Below are positions 19,914 through 29,552 of a stretch of 64,000 nucleotides of DNA, in pieces. Location: positions 32,001 through 96,000 of the forward strand of contig CAVQYR010000001.1 of the NCBI GenBank assembly GCA_963718235.1. The letters are read 5' to 3'. A program made the position numbers and the translations under genes. This stretch comes from an uncultured Actinomycetota bacterium (GTDB taxonomy: Bacteria; Actinomycetota; Actinomycetes; JAHEKZ01). Position 1 is the stretch's first letter; each line of letters starts with the position of its first letter. The notes under the pieces were generated by a model. That model was not told the DNA's origin and made no database searches. It saw only the letters and a program-made list of their open reading frames with translations.

Positions 19914-20405
19914 TCAGATGAACAGCTGGATCTGCGAGCGCGACATCTCGCTCAGAGCGGTGGCAGCGCCGGCCGGGTCGCCGAGCCCGGGTCGCATCTG
20001 GTCGGGGCGGATCCCCAGCAGGTCCATGGTCATCTGGCAGGGCCAGAGCTTGACCCCCATCTCCTGACAGATCGCGAAGAGCTCCTCTGGCGGTGCCACG
20101 TTGTGCTGTCCGGCCAGCTTGCGCATCATCCACTGGCCAGCGCCACCCATGTTCAGCTTGGACAGCTTCGCGCGCGAGAAGGCCGGCGGGTTCATCACCG
20201 ACAGCATCTTGGTCATCGGGTTGTCGCCGGTGATCCGGACGTCGTCGCGCACCAGGGGGAACAGCCCCCAGAAGGTGAAGAACACCGTCACGTCCATGCC
20301 GTAGGCGGCTCCCGTGGAACTGAGGATCATCGTCGGCCAGAGCTTGTCGAGGTCACCGCTGAAGGCGATGATCGTCATCTTCTCCTGTGTCTCGGGCTCA
20401 GGCAC
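19914..20405 (-). CDS. DsrE2/YrkE-like sulfur relay protein
   Basis: TIIAFSGDLDK, VFFTFWGL, LSKLNMGG, CQMTMDLLGI; GGAGG before GTG. Confidence 0.88.
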   Translation of the reverse strand: MPEPETQEKMTIIAFSGDLDKLWPTMILSSTGAAYGMDVTVFFTFWGLFPLVRDDVRITGDNPMTKMLSVMNPPAFSRAKLSKLNMGGAGQWMMRKLAGQHNVAPPEELFAICQEMGVKLWPCQMTMDLLGIRPDQMRPGLGDPAGAATALSEMSRSQIQLFI

Positions 20406-20466
20406 GGCACCTCCCGTGTTCAGGCGCCCCCACGGACACCGGACCCCACGACCGTAGTTGCACAGT

Positions 20467-20556
20467 TGCGCATATATCAAGGGTCTGAGTCCCCCAAGGG
20501 CTGCGGTCTTTCGCCCTTCCGGTTCGCCGCTGCGTGCATTAGCGTTTGCGCATCTA
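20467..20556. promoter_or_regulatory. Two candidate operator sites TGCGCATATAT (20467-20477) and TGCGCATCTA (20547-20556) in the divergent dsrE / rhodanese-MBL promoter
   Basis: The 11-mer recurs exactly on the minus strand at 23331-23341, in the sulP/arsR promoter. Confidence 0.6.
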
Positions 20557-20588
20557 CTCAGCACTCGTGATCCCCAATGGGAGGCGTC

Positions 20589-21719
20589 GTGGCGCGCACC
20601 GTGACCCCCACCGAGCTGTTCGCCGAGATCGAGCACGGGCACGTCCCGTACATCCTCGACGTCCGGAACCCCGACGAGTTCGAGAGCTGGCAGGTCGAGG
20701 GCTCGCAGGCCGTCGCCACGCGTAACCTGCCCATCTGGCGGGCCATGGACGCGCTGGAGGAGCTGGCGACCGACCTCCCCGACAACTCGGTGCTGATCTG
20801 CGCCCAGGGCAACGGCAGCGAGCTGCTGGTAGACCTCCTGGCCGAGCGGGGGAAGGACACGCGCAACCTGGTCGGGGGGACGGAGGCATGGGCGCGGCTC
20901 CTGGTGCCGCGCCCGCTGACCGGGCTGCCCGAGGGTCTTCTGGGCTGGCAGATCCAGCGCCCGGCCAAGGCTTGCCTTTCCTACCTGTTCGGCGTCCCAG
21001 GGCATGGCGCGGTCGTCGTCGACCCGGCGCGGTTCCCCGACCCCTACGTCGAGCTGGCCACCGAGCACGCCATGACGATCACGCACGTGATCGACACCCA
21101 CGTGCACGCCGACCACATCACCGGGGGGCCGGCCCTGGCCGACGCCGTCGGCGCCGCGTACTCGGTGCCGATCGAGGACACCGGAGGCCCGACGCCGTTC
21201 CCCAACCACCCGCTGCAGGACGGCGAGCAGCTCGACCTCGGGGCCGTGCAGCTGGAGATTCTCGGCATCCGGCTCCCTGGTCACACCCCCGGGACGACGT
21301 GCCTGCACGTGCCCGGCTACGCGCTGCTGTCCGGGGACACCGTGTTCGTGCGCGGCGTCGGACGCCCCGACCTCACCGGAAAGGCGGAGGAGCTCGCCCG
21401 TGAGCTGTTCCACACCGTGCACGAGAAGCTGCGGCCACTCGTCCCGACCACGCAGGTCCTGCCCGCCCACTGGTCGACGGCCGAGGAGATGAGCGACGAT
21501 GGCCTGGTTCGCACGACGCTTGGCCACGTCTTCGAGTCGACCCTGATGAACGAGGACGACCTCGTGCGTTTCGTCGAGGAGATCGTCACGTCGCTGCCCT
21601 CCGCACCGGCCGTCTACGACACGATCCGCGAGGTGAACTCCGGCAAGCAGGTCTCGGTCGAGGAGCTCGAGGTGCTGGAGATCGGCAAGAACCAGTGCGC
21701 GGCGTCGACCACCGTGTGA
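20589..21719 (+). CDS. Rhodanese-MBL fusion (persulfide dioxygenase-like, YrkH architecture)
   Basis: ILDVR...F..W, LICAQGNGS rhodanese loop, ACLSY, DTHVHADH, PGHTPG, GDTVF..GVGRPDL, PAH, C-terminal NQCA. Confidence 0.88.
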   Translation: MARTVTPTELFAEIEHGHVPYILDVRNPDEFESWQVEGSQAVATRNLPIWRAMDALEELATDLPDNSVLICAQGNGSELLVDLLAERGKDTRNLVGGTEAWARLLVPRPLTGLPEGLLGWQIQRPAKACLSYLFGVPGHGAVVVDPARFPDPYVELATEHAMTITHVIDTHVHADHITGGPALADAVGAAYSVPIEDTGGPTPFPNHPLQDGEQLDLGAVQLEILGIRLPGHTPGTTCLHVPGYALLSGDTVFVRGVGRPDLTGKAEELARELFHTVHEKLRPLVPTTQVLPAHWSTAEEMSDDGLVRTTLGHVFESTLMNEDDLVRFVEEIVTSLPSAPAVYDTIREVNSGKQVSVEELEVLEIGKNQCAASTTV

Positions 21720-21732
21720 GCCAGAAGCATCG

Positions 21733-23292
21733 TCACCCCGACGCGTCGTCGTCCTCGGCCATCTGCGCCCGGCACTCCTCGGCGACGTCGTCGGCCAGCA
21801 CGCGACGCACGACACGACGCAGCTGGGGCGGCACCGTGCACAGGTCGGCCTCGATACCGGCGTCGCGTGCCTCGCGCAGCAGCGTCTTGAGGGCCATCGC
21901 CCCGGTCACGTCGAGTCGGCCGAGCCCGTCGAGGTGCACCCGCATCCGAACAGTGTCGGGGTACCGGGCGAGCAGGTTGTTCCACGAGTCCTCGAGGCCG
22001 GGAGCGGACGCGAAGTACAGCACCCCGGACGGGCGGATGTTGAGCACACCCTCCTCGTAGTCAGCCGGCACCTGGATGTGGAGCTCGCGCCACAGGTGCA
22101 CGAGCGTGGCCAACGCGACGCCGATGACCACGGCGAGGTCGAGCCGCGGCGCCAGCACCAGGGTCGCGACGAACGTGATGGCGGCGGTGGCGAACTGCAC
22201 CCGTCCGAGACTCCAGAACCGCAGCACGGGGCGCGGGTCGACGAGACGGAGGACGGACGCGATGACGATGCCTGCGAGCACCGACTTCGGCAGGTTCTCC
22301 AGCAGCGACGCGAAGGGTAGGAACGCCAGCACCAGCACACCGGCGACCAGTCCGTTCCACCGGGTGCGGGCACCGGTCGAGCGGGCGAGGGTACTGCGCG
22401 AGAACGAACCACCGACCGGGTATCCACCGGCGACGCCGGCCGCCAGGTTCGCCACACCCTGCGAGACGAGCTCACGGTCAGCGCTCCAGCGCTGGCGGTC
22501 CTCCGCGGCCAGCTTGCGTGAGATCGCCGCGGGCTCGGCGAACCCGACCAGCGCGATGACGAGTGCAGGCAGGAGCAGGCGTACCGAGTCCGACCACGGC
22601 AGGGACAGCGGGTTCGGGATGCCCTCGACCGACACCGCGCCCACGTCCGGACCACCGAGCCCGGTGGTGGACGACAGCACGAGGGCCAGCACGACGATGA
22701 TCGGGACGATCGGGAAGGTCGCGGGCAGGCGTCGAACGACGAGCATCGCAGCGACGGTGACGACCGAGAACAGCACCGCGGAGGCGCTCCACGAGCCGGG
22801 GTCGGTCAGCGCGTCGAACGCCGCCTGTCCCGGCCGGCCGCTGTCCGGAGGAACGCCGACCGCAGCGGGGACCTGCGAGAACAGGATGAGCAGGGCGGCC
22901 GCGGCGGTGAACGCGACCAGGACCGGCTGTGACATCAGGTAGGCGAGGACGCCACCTCCCGCGACGCCGAGCACCAGGCGGACCACGCCGACGAACAGGG
23001 CGAGCAGTGCTGCCAGGGCCACGTAGTCGGCCGAGCCGGCGTCGGCAAGTCCGGTGAGTCCGCCGAGCACGAGCAGTGACGTGATCGCCACCGGACCGGT
23101 GGCCAGGTACGGCGACGACGCGAAGAAGGCAGCGGCGATCGGCGCAGCGAACGCGGCCAGCAGCCCAGTGGTCGGCGGGAGTCCGGCGAGCGAGGCATAG
23201 GCCACGGCCTGCGGGATGAGGACGACTGCGACGCTGATCCCGGCAACGACGTCACCGAGGACGGGCCTCCTCGGCACGTCACGTGGCGGCAC
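21733..23292 (-). CDS. SulP/SLC26 anion transporter with STAS domain
   Basis: DVVAGISVAVVLIPQAVAYASLAG, RELVSQGVAN, GSFSRS, GVLYFAS. Confidence 0.92.
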   Translation of the reverse strand: MPPRDVPRRPVLGDVVAGISVAVVLIPQAVAYASLAGLPPTTGLLAAFAAPIAAAFFASSPYLATGPVAITSLLVLGGLTGLADAGSADYVALAALLALFVGVVRLVLGVAGGGVLAYLMSQPVLVAFTAAAALLILFSQVPAAVGVPPDSGRPGQAAFDALTDPGSWSASAVLFSVVTVAAMLVVRRLPATFPIVPIIVVLALVLSSTTGLGGPDVGAVSVEGIPNPLSLPWSDSVRLLLPALVIALVGFAEPAAISRKLAAEDRQRWSADRELVSQGVANLAAGVAGGYPVGGSFSRSTLARSTGARTRWNGLVAGVLVLAFLPFASLLENLPKSVLAGIVIASVLRLVDPRPVLRFWSLGRVQFATAAITFVATLVLAPRLDLAVVIGVALATLVHLWRELHIQVPADYEEGVLNIRPSGVLYFASAPGLEDSWNNLLARYPDTVRMRVHLDGLGRLDVTGAMALKTLLREARDAGIEADLCTVPPQLRRVVRRVLADDVAEECRAQMAEDDDASG

Positions 23293-23327
23293 GAAGCGTC
23301 CTCCCGTCGTCGTCGTCCTCTACGTTA

Positions 23328-23341
23328 CGCATATATGCGCA
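23328..23341. promoter_or_regulatory. Palindrome CGCATATATGCG(CA) between sulP and arsR, candidate ArsR operator
   Basis: Perfect 12-bp AT-core palindrome in high-GC DNA; shares the motif at 20467. Confidence 0.6.
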
Positions 23342-23411
23342 GACTCTGAAGGGTCGATCGGGTCTGTACCGGGCCGTGCCGTCGTACACTGAACGCCGAC
23401 TGGGAGGTGCC

Positions 23412-23771
23412 GTGGACCGCGAGACCGCGCTGGAGATTCACGAGCTGCACGCCCGTATCTGCAAGGCCATCGCTGACCCGAAACGACTGCTCATCATCAA
23501 CGAGCTGCGCGACGGGCCGATGACGGTCGGCGAGCTGTCCGAGGCGTTGGAGATCAGCCAGTCGAACTGCAGCCAGCACCTGGCGATCCTGCGCGACCGC
23601 GGCGTCGTCACCGCCGAGCGGGCGGGCACCAGCGTGAGCTACTCGCTGCGCAGCAAGAAGGTGCTGCAGGCGGTCGACCTGCTGCGGGAGTTCATGGCCG
23701 AGGACCTCGGCACCCGCAGCAAGCTCGGAAAGGCCGCGACCCGCACCCCCCGCCGACTCGCCCGCCGCTGA
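23412..23771 (+). CDS. ArsR/SmtB family regulator
   Basis: ICKAIADPKRLLII, VGELS, SNCSQHLAILR, YSL; GGAGG before GTG. Confidence 0.9.
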   Translation: MDRETALEIHELHARICKAIADPKRLLIINELRDGPMTVGELSEALEISQSNCSQHLAILRDRGVVTAERAGTSVSYSLRSKKVLQAVDLLREFMAEDLGTRSKLGKAATRTPRRLARR

Positions 23772-23784
23772 CCCCCCACTCCCC

Positions 23785-23852
23785 CAAGTTGATCATGGAG
23801 AAGATGCGGTCCCAGAGGGTCGAACTGGCACATCAAGTCCAAGATCAACTTG
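23785..23852. repeat. 68-bp palindromic REP/MITE-like element, copy 2 (same orientation as copy 1)
   Basis: CAAGTTGATCATGGA...TCCAAGATCAACTTG. Confidence 0.9.
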
Positions 23853-23866
23853 AAGGACGGGGTGGG

Positions 23867-24712
23867 CTAGAGGGTGAGGCGAAGGGCGAGGTAGACCAGG
23901 GGCGCGGCCACCAGTACGGGCACCGCGCCGGTCATCAGCCAGCGCAGCCGGAACACCGTGGTCGCCCCGCGGACGAAGGCGTCGCACACACCGACGGCAA
24001 CCCCGCACGCGACGCCGATGGCCACCCCCGTCGCACCCCCGGTCGACCCGTCACCAGCGAGCAGGACCACGGACAGCCACCCGCCGAGGATTCCGGCGAC
24101 CACGGCCACCCAAGGGGCCCACGCGTCCAGAGGGACCCACCGCCCCGCTGACGCGGCGGCCAGGGCGAGCCCGGCCACCCACAGCGGCACGTCGTCGCGT
24201 TGCACCTGAGCCACCACGAGCCAGGAGGCCCCCAACGTCGTCAGGGCGGTCAGCGACACCGTGGCGGACATGCTCACGATCACGCCCTTGCGGTCGTCGC
24301 GCCGGGCCAGCTGTTGGACGACGACGACAAGGAACCCCACACCCAGGACGGCGATCGGCACCTCGAGGGTCACGGAATCCTGGGCCAGCACCAGCGCATC
24401 GGCCACCAGTCCGAGGCCGAGCCCGGCCAGCGCACCGACCACGGGCTGCTCGGCCCGCACACCCAGGTGCCAACCCGACGCCACCAGGAGCTGCGCGGCC
24501 ACCACGACGAGCAGGGCCACCGCCACCGGCGGGGCCCAACGGCCCGTCGCCAGGCCCAGCCCCAGCAGCACCCCGACCAGGGGAGAGGTCCAGCCCACCC
24601 ACTGGTCGACCGAGCGCCGGGCATGTGCGGTGGCGGGCGGGAGGACGTCGGACACGGGGTGATCGTGCCAGTCCGCGGCCCCCGACATCGAGGTGTCGAC
24701 CGAGTTGGCCAC
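23867..24712 (-). CDS. Hypothetical membrane protein downstream of moaD
   Basis: Multiple TM segments; starts 3 nt after moaD stop. Confidence 0.75.
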   Translation of the reverse strand: MANSVDTSMSGAADWHDHPVSDVLPPATAHARRSVDQWVGWTSPLVGVLLGLGLATGRWAPPVAVALLVVVAAQLLVASGWHLGVRAEQPVVGALAGLGLGLVADALVLAQDSVTLEVPIAVLGVGFLVVVVQQLARRDDRKGVIVSMSATVSLTALTTLGASWLVVAQVQRDDVPLWVAGLALAAASAGRWVPLDAWAPWVAVVAGILGGWLSVVLLAGDGSTGGATGVAIGVACGVAVGVCDAFVRGATTVFRLRWLMTGAVPVLVAAPLVYLALRLTL

Positions 24713-24715
24713 CGC

Positions 24716-24988
24716 TCAGCCGCCCGCGAAGGGGGGCAGCACGTCGACGACGGCGCCGTCGACCAGCTCGACCGACCCCGGATCACGGGTTCCCACCGGC
24801 TGCTCGTCGACGAGGAACGAGCAGATCCCGAGCACCCGGGCGAACTCGGCGTCGCGCGTGGAACGGGCGACACCGAGGGCCACGGCGAGGGTCGCAGCGG
24901 TCACCGACTCCTCGGGGGTGCCCGCCGCCTGGCGCGCCCCCGCCCAGTACCTCAGCACCACCCGCGGACCTGCCGACGACTCAGTCAC
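24716..24988 (-). CDS. moaD: MoaD/ThiS sulfur carrier
   Basis: [13 protein letters not shown]-terminal DVLPPFAGG. Confidence 0.88.
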   Translation of the reverse strand: MTESSAGPRVVLRYWAGARQAAGTPEESVTAATLAVALGVARSTRDAEFARVLGICSFLVDEQPVGTRDPGSVELVDGAVVDVLPPFAGG

Positions 24989-25025
24989 GCCGGATATCCT
25001 GCCCGCACCGACCGAGAGGAGCGAC

Positions 25026-25751
25026 ATGGCCAGGCTGCTCCTGCTCGTCGACCCCGCTCGTCCCACGGCTGAGGTCCTGCCCGCGCTGGGCCTGCTCGCC
25101 CACCAGGTGCGCACCGCCCCCACCGAGGCCACGGCGCTGATCGACGTCCCCCCCGTCGACGTCATCGTGGTCGACGGACGCCGCGACCTCCCCCACATCC
25201 GCTCGCTGTGCCGGCTCATCCGCACCACCGGGGTCAACGTCCCGGTGCTGCTCGTCGTCACCGAGGGCGGCCTGGCTGCGGTCAACGCCGACTGGGGCGT
25301 CGACGACGTCATCCTGAGCACGGCCGGACCCGCCGAGCTGGAGGCACGCCTGCGCCTCACGGTCGGGCGCCTGGCCAAGGACGACGCCGACGAGCTGCCC
25401 GACGTGATCCGCAACGGCGACCTCACCGTCGACGAGGCCAGCTACACGGTGAAGCTGCGCGGCCGACCCCTCGACCTCACCTACAAGGAGTTCGAGCTGC
25501 TGAAGTACCTCGTGCAGCACCCCGGACGTGTGTTCACCCGAGCGCAGCTGCTGCAGGAGGTGTGGGGCTACGACTACTTCGGCGGTACGCGCACCGTCGA
25601 CGTCCACGTGCGTCGGCTGCGCGCGAAGCTCGGTGCGGAGCACGAGCAGCTGATCGGAACCGTCCGCAACGTCGGCTACCGGTTCGTGACTCCATCAGAG
25701 CCCGAGTCGGGGACGAGCGCTCGCGTCGACGCCCCCTCGTCCAAGGCATGA
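25026..25751 (+). CDS. glnR: GlnR, OmpR-family nitrogen response regulator
   Basis: [58 protein letters not shown]; directly upstream of mshD. Confidence 0.92.
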   Translation: MARLLLLVDPARPTAEVLPALGLLAHQVRTAPTEATALIDVPPVDVIVVDGRRDLPHIRSLCRLIRTTGVNVPVLLVVTEGGLAAVNADWGVDDVILSTAGPAELEARLRLTVGRLAKDDADELPDVIRNGDLTVDEASYTVKLRGRPLDLTYKEFELLKYLVQHPGRVFTRAQLLQEVWGYDYFGGTRTVDVHVRRLRAKLGAEHEQLIGTVRNVGYRFVTPSEPESGTSARVDAPSSKA

Positions 25752-26785
25752 CCGAGGACCACGGCCCGTCGCACGCCCAGCTGGAGATCCTCGGACGCCT
25801 CGATGCCGACGAGACCGCAGCCGTGTCGCTCCTGGTCGAGCGGGCCACTGAGTCCGACGGCGTCCGCCCCCTGTCCGAGCACGTCATGCTGCACCTTCGC
25901 TACGGCGGTGACGAGCCCGTACGCAACCTCCTGGTCTACGGCGAGGGACGCGGTGACCGCCCCCACCTCGCCGGTTACGCCCACCTCGACGTCACCGACT
26001 CCGTGGCAGGCGCCAGCGCCGAGCTGGTGGTCGACCCGGCGTGGCGAGAGCGCGGGGTCGGGCGCCTGCTCGGCGACGCGTTGCTCCTCGAGTCCCCCGA
26101 CGGCCGGCTGCGGCTGTGGGCCCACGGCGAGCACCCGGGCGCCACCGCTCTGGCCCGTTCGATGGGCCTGGTCCGCACCCGGCACCTGATGCAGATGCGA
26201 CGCTCACTGTTCGCTCCCCTGCCGCGGCCGGTGCTTCCGGACGGCGTGAGGGTGCGCACCTTCCGTCCGGGCGCGGACGACGACGCCTGGCTCGCGCTGA
26301 ACGCCCGGGCCTTCGCCGACCACACGGAGCAGGGTGGCTGGACCTTGGAGGACCTGCGCCGGCGGCTAACCGAACCGTGGTTCGACCCGGGCGGGTTCTT
26401 CCTGGCCGAGCGGCACGGGAGCGAGGGTGCATACCTGGTCGGCTTCCACTGGACGAAGGCCCACGGCGACGATCCCGGCCGGGCCCACCGTCACCACGGG
26501 GGTGAGGACGGTCACGGCGAACGTCACAGCGAACAACACGACCCGGATCACAGCCACGGGCACGAGCCGATCGGCGAGGTCTACGTGGTCGGGATCGACC
26601 CGGCGGAACAGGGCCACGGCCTCGGACGCGCTCTGACCCTCGTCGGCCTGCAGCACCTGCGCAGCCTTCGACTGTCCGAGGCGATGCTCTACGTCGACGC
26701 GGACAACGAGGCCGCGATCAGGCTGTACCGCAGTCTCGGCTTCACCGACTGGGACGTCGACGTCATGTACACCCGGGTGCCCTGA
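25748..26785 (+). CDS. mshD: Mycothiol synthase
   Basis: Tandem GNAT; [45 protein letters not shown]. Confidence 0.93.
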   Translation: MTEDHGPSHAQLEILGRLDADETAAVSLLVERATESDGVRPLSEHVMLHLRYGGDEPVRNLLVYGEGRGDRPHLAGYAHLDVTDSVAGASAELVVDPAWRERGVGRLLGDALLLESPDGRLRLWAHGEHPGATALARSMGLVRTRHLMQMRRSLFAPLPRPVLPDGVRVRTFRPGADDDAWLALNARAFADHTEQGGWTLEDLRRRLTEPWFDPGGFFLAERHGSEGAYLVGFHWTKAHGDDPGRAHRHHGGEDGHGERHSEQHDPDHSHGHEPIGEVYVVGIDPAEQGHGLGRALTLVGLQHLRSLRLSEAMLYVDADNEAAIRLYRSLGFTDWDVDVMYTRVP

Positions 26786-26803
26786 GCCGAGCGGCGCTGC
26801 CTC

Positions 26804-27928
26804 TCACACCGTTGGCACCGACGGTGACGTCCCCGCACCGGCCACGGCGCCAAACCGGCGGCGCAGCCACAGCGACACGTAGACGAGCGTGACCAGTGCG
26901 GGAACCTCGATCAGCGGGCCGATCACGCCGGCCAGGGCCTGGCCAGAGGTGACGCCCCACACCCCGATGCTCACCGCGATCGCCAGCTCGAAGTTATTGC
27001 CGGCCGCGGTGAAGGCCAGGGTCGCGGTCTTGGGGTAGCCCAGGTGCGCCCGAGCGCCGAGGAAGAAGGACACGCTCCACATCACCGCGAAGTAGGCGAG
27101 GAGCGGGAGGGCGATCTGGGCCACCGAGACCGGGTCGGACAGGATCGCGTCGCCCTGCAGCGCGAACATCACCACGATCGTGAACAGCAGCCCGTAGAGG
27201 GCGAACGGGCTGATCCGCGGGATGAACACCCGCTCGTACCAGTCACGCCCCTTGACCCGCAGGCCGATCCGGCGCGTGACGTAGCCGGCGACCAGTGGGA
27301 TGCCCAGGAAGATGAGCACGGCCTTGGTGATCTCCCAGGTGGAGAACTGCACGTCCTGGCTGTTCAGTCCGAGCCAACCGGGGAGGATCTTGAGGTAGAA
27401 CGTGCCGAGCAGCGCGTACGCCAGGATCTGGAACACCGAGTTGAGCGCGACGAGCAATGCCGCTGCCTCCCGGTCTCCGCAGGCGAGGTCGTTCCAGATC
27501 AGCACCATGGCGATGCACCGGGCCAGCCCGATGACGATCAGCCCGGTGCGGAACGCCGGCTGGTCGGCGAGGAAGACCCAGGCCAGGGCGAACATGAGGG
27601 CCGGGCCGATCACCCAGTTGAGCAGCAGGCTCAGCCACAGCAGGCGACGGTCGCCGGTGACGTGCCCCATGTCCTCGTAGCGGACCTTGGCCAGCACCGG
27701 GTACATCATCAGCAGCAGCCCGAGTGCGATCGGCAGCGACGTCTGACCGACCTTGACCGCATCCAGGGTCGCCTGGACCGACGGGACCAGCCTGCCCAGC
27801 AGGAGCCCTCCCGCCATGGCCGCGAGGATCCACAACGGCAGGAAGCGGTCGAGCAGGGACAGTCGCCGGATGACGGTCTGTTCCTCCGCGTCTCGCTCGA
27901 CAGGGGAGGGAGCCATGGGTCTCGCCAC
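26804..27928 (-). CDS. acr3: Acr3 arsenite efflux permease
   Basis: LSLLDRFLPLWI, MMYPVLAKV, GLARCIAMV, GNNFELAIAV, GPLIEVP. Confidence 0.95.
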   Translation of the reverse strand: MARPMAPSPVERDAEEQTVIRRLSLLDRFLPLWILAAMAGGLLLGRLVPSVQATLDAVKVGQTSLPIALGLLLMMYPVLAKVRYEDMGHVTGDRRLLWLSLLLNWVIGPALMFALAWVFLADQPAFRTGLIVIGLARCIAMVLIWNDLACGDREAAALLVALNSVFQILAYALLGTFYLKILPGWLGLNSQDVQFSTWEITKAVLIFLGIPLVAGYVTRRIGLRVKGRDWYERVFIPRISPFALYGLLFTIVVMFALQGDAILSDPVSVAQIALPLLAYFAVMWSVSFFLGARAHLGYPKTATLAFTAAGNNFELAIAVSIGVWGVTSGQALAGVIGPLIEVPALVTLVYVSLWLRRRFGAVAGAGTSPSVPTV

Positions 27929-28171
27929 TCATCCGCTGTTGGCGGTGAGGATTTCGCGAACCGCGGACGGGGTGGGAACTCGGCCAGCGACGACGACCTT
28001 CTCGTCGACGACGAGGGCAGGGGTGGACATCACGCCGTAGCCGACGATGGTCGGGTAGTCCTCGACCTTCTCGATGGTGGCGTCGATGCCGAGTGCGTCG
28101 ACGGCTTCGCGGGTGACGCGCTCGAGGTTCTTGCAGTTGGTGCAGCCCGGGCCGAGCACTTTGATGATCAC
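27929..28171 (-). CDS. Small redox-active disulfide protein (thioredoxin-like, MTH895 type)
   Basis: IKVLGPGCTNC, YGVMSTPALVVD. Confidence 0.9.
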   Translation of the reverse strand: MIIKVLGPGCTNCKNLERVTREAVDALGIDATIEKVEDYPTIVGYGVMSTPALVVDEKVVVAGRVPTPSAVREILTANSG

Positions 28172-28181
28172 GGTCGTGTCC

Positions 28182-29234
28182 TTACGTTGCCAGCAGGAGG
28201 TTGAACAGGTAGCCGACGGCGACGATGCCGGTGGCGACGACGCCGACGAACATGGCGAGCAGCTGGGGCTTGAGTACCCGGCGGAGCAGGATCATCTCCG
28301 GCAGGGACAGGGCGACGACGCTCATCATGAAGGCGAGCAGGGTGCCCATCGGCAGGCCCTTCTCGTGCAGCGCCTGCACCATCGGCATGATCCCGGCGGC
28401 GTTGGAGTACAGCGGGACGCCGATCCCGACGGCCACCAGGACACCGAAGGCGTTGCCAGGGCCGGCGTAGGTGTTGAAGAAGTCGGTCGGCACCCAGCCG
28501 TGGATGACCGCGCCCAGGCCGATGCCGACGAGCAGGTACGGCCAGATCTTGCGCAGGATGGTGGCGACCTCCTCGACCCCCATCTGGATCCGCTGGTCGA
28601 AGGTCAGACCGGCGGTGGAGTCGATGACCTGTCCACCAAGCGTGGTCTCGAACACGAACGGCTCCACCCACCGCTGCACACCGAGTCGGCCGAGGACCCA
28701 GCCGGCGACGATCGCGATCAGCAGGCCGGCAACGATGTAGACGGCGGTGACCTGCCAGCCGAACAGGCTGAACAGCATCCCGATCGCGATCTCGTTGACC
28801 AGCGGGCTGGCGATCAGGAAGGACAGCGTGACCCCGATCGGCACCCCCGCGGCGACGAACCCGATGAACGCCGGGACCGCGCTGCAGGAGCAGAAGGGGG
28901 TGACCACGCCCAACCCGGCGGCCATCACGTTGCCGACGCCTTCACGCTTGCCGCCCAGCAGGGCACGGGTGCGCTCGATGCTCATGTAGGAGCGCAGCAC
29001 CGTGACGATGAAGATGATCCCAACCAGCAGCAGGCCGATCTTGATCGTGTCGTACAGGAAGAAGTGGACCGTCTCGGTCACCCGAGCCTCGGGGTCCATC
29101 CCGAGGCCGTCGTACAGGACCCGGTCCCACAACCAGCCGTTCACCCAGTACGCCATCACCCAGGCCGATGCGCCGCCCGCCAGCGTCAGCCACTGGCCGC
29201 GCCTGGAGGTGTGCAGACGCTCGACGACGCTCAT
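28182..29234 (-). CDS. arsP: ArsP-type permease (DUF318)
   Basis: TPFCSCSAVP, ASPLVNE, GVPLYSN, LSLPE. Confidence 0.85.
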   Translation of the reverse strand: MSVVERLHTSRRGQWLTLAGGASAWVMAYWVNGWLWDRVLYDGLGMDPEARVTETVHFFLYDTIKIGLLLVGIIFIVTVLRSYMSIERTRALLGGKREGVGNVMAAGLGVVTPFCSCSAVPAFIGFVAAGVPIGVTLSFLIASPLVNEIAIGMLFSLFGWQVTAVYIVAGLLIAIVAGWVLGRLGVQRWVEPFVFETTLGGQVIDSTAGLTFDQRIQMGVEEVATILRKIWPYLLVGIGLGAVIHGWVPTDFFNTYAGPGNAFGVLVAVGIGVPLYSNAAGIMPMVQALHEKGLPMGTLLAFMMSVVALSLPEMILLRRVLKPQLLAMFVGVVATGIVAVGYLFNLLLAT

Positions 29235-29551
29235 GACTGCACCCCCAGCCGTTCACTGCCGGGCAAAGCGGCGACAAGGCGCTCGAACGCACCATCGGCC
29301 AAGGCGTAGTCGATCCACCGACCCCGCCGGCTCGTGGTCACCAGTCCGGAGTCCCGCAGCACCTTCAGGTGGTAGCTGAGCAGGTTCGCCGCGATCGGGG
29401 TGTGCTCCTGCAAGCGGCACACACAGGCCGGACCCGCCGCCAGCCGCTCGAGGACGGCCCATCGGGTCGGGTCGGCGACCACCGCGAGCAGGGAGGTTGC
29501 CTCGTCGGCCACCAGAACCGACGACGAGCCTGCGACCGCCGTCCTGCTCAT
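29231..29551 (-). CDS. arsR: ArsR As(III)-sensing repressor
   Basis: ADPTR, ACVC metal site, LSYHLKVL, RRGRWIDY; start at 29551 or 29560. Confidence 0.9.
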   Translation of the reverse strand: MSRTAVAGSSSVLVADEATSLLAVVADPTRWAVLERLAAGPACVCRLQEHTPIAANLLSYHLKVLRDSGLVTTSRRGRWIDYALADGAFERLVAALPGSERLGVQS

Positions 29552-29552
29552 A

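Noticed and set aside
19914-21815. 633-aa ORF as a long DsrE fusion
   Set aside because: Only the last 163 aa are DsrE-like, with an RBS at 20405; the rest is antisense to the rhodanese-MBL gene
15151-23852. CRISPR array or IS element
   Set aside because: Only two repeats 8.6 kb apart, no spacers, cas genes or transposase
24716-24988. moaD as part of the Mo-enzyme cassette
   Set aside because: Lies outside the repeat and is a usual neighbour of glnR in actinomycetes
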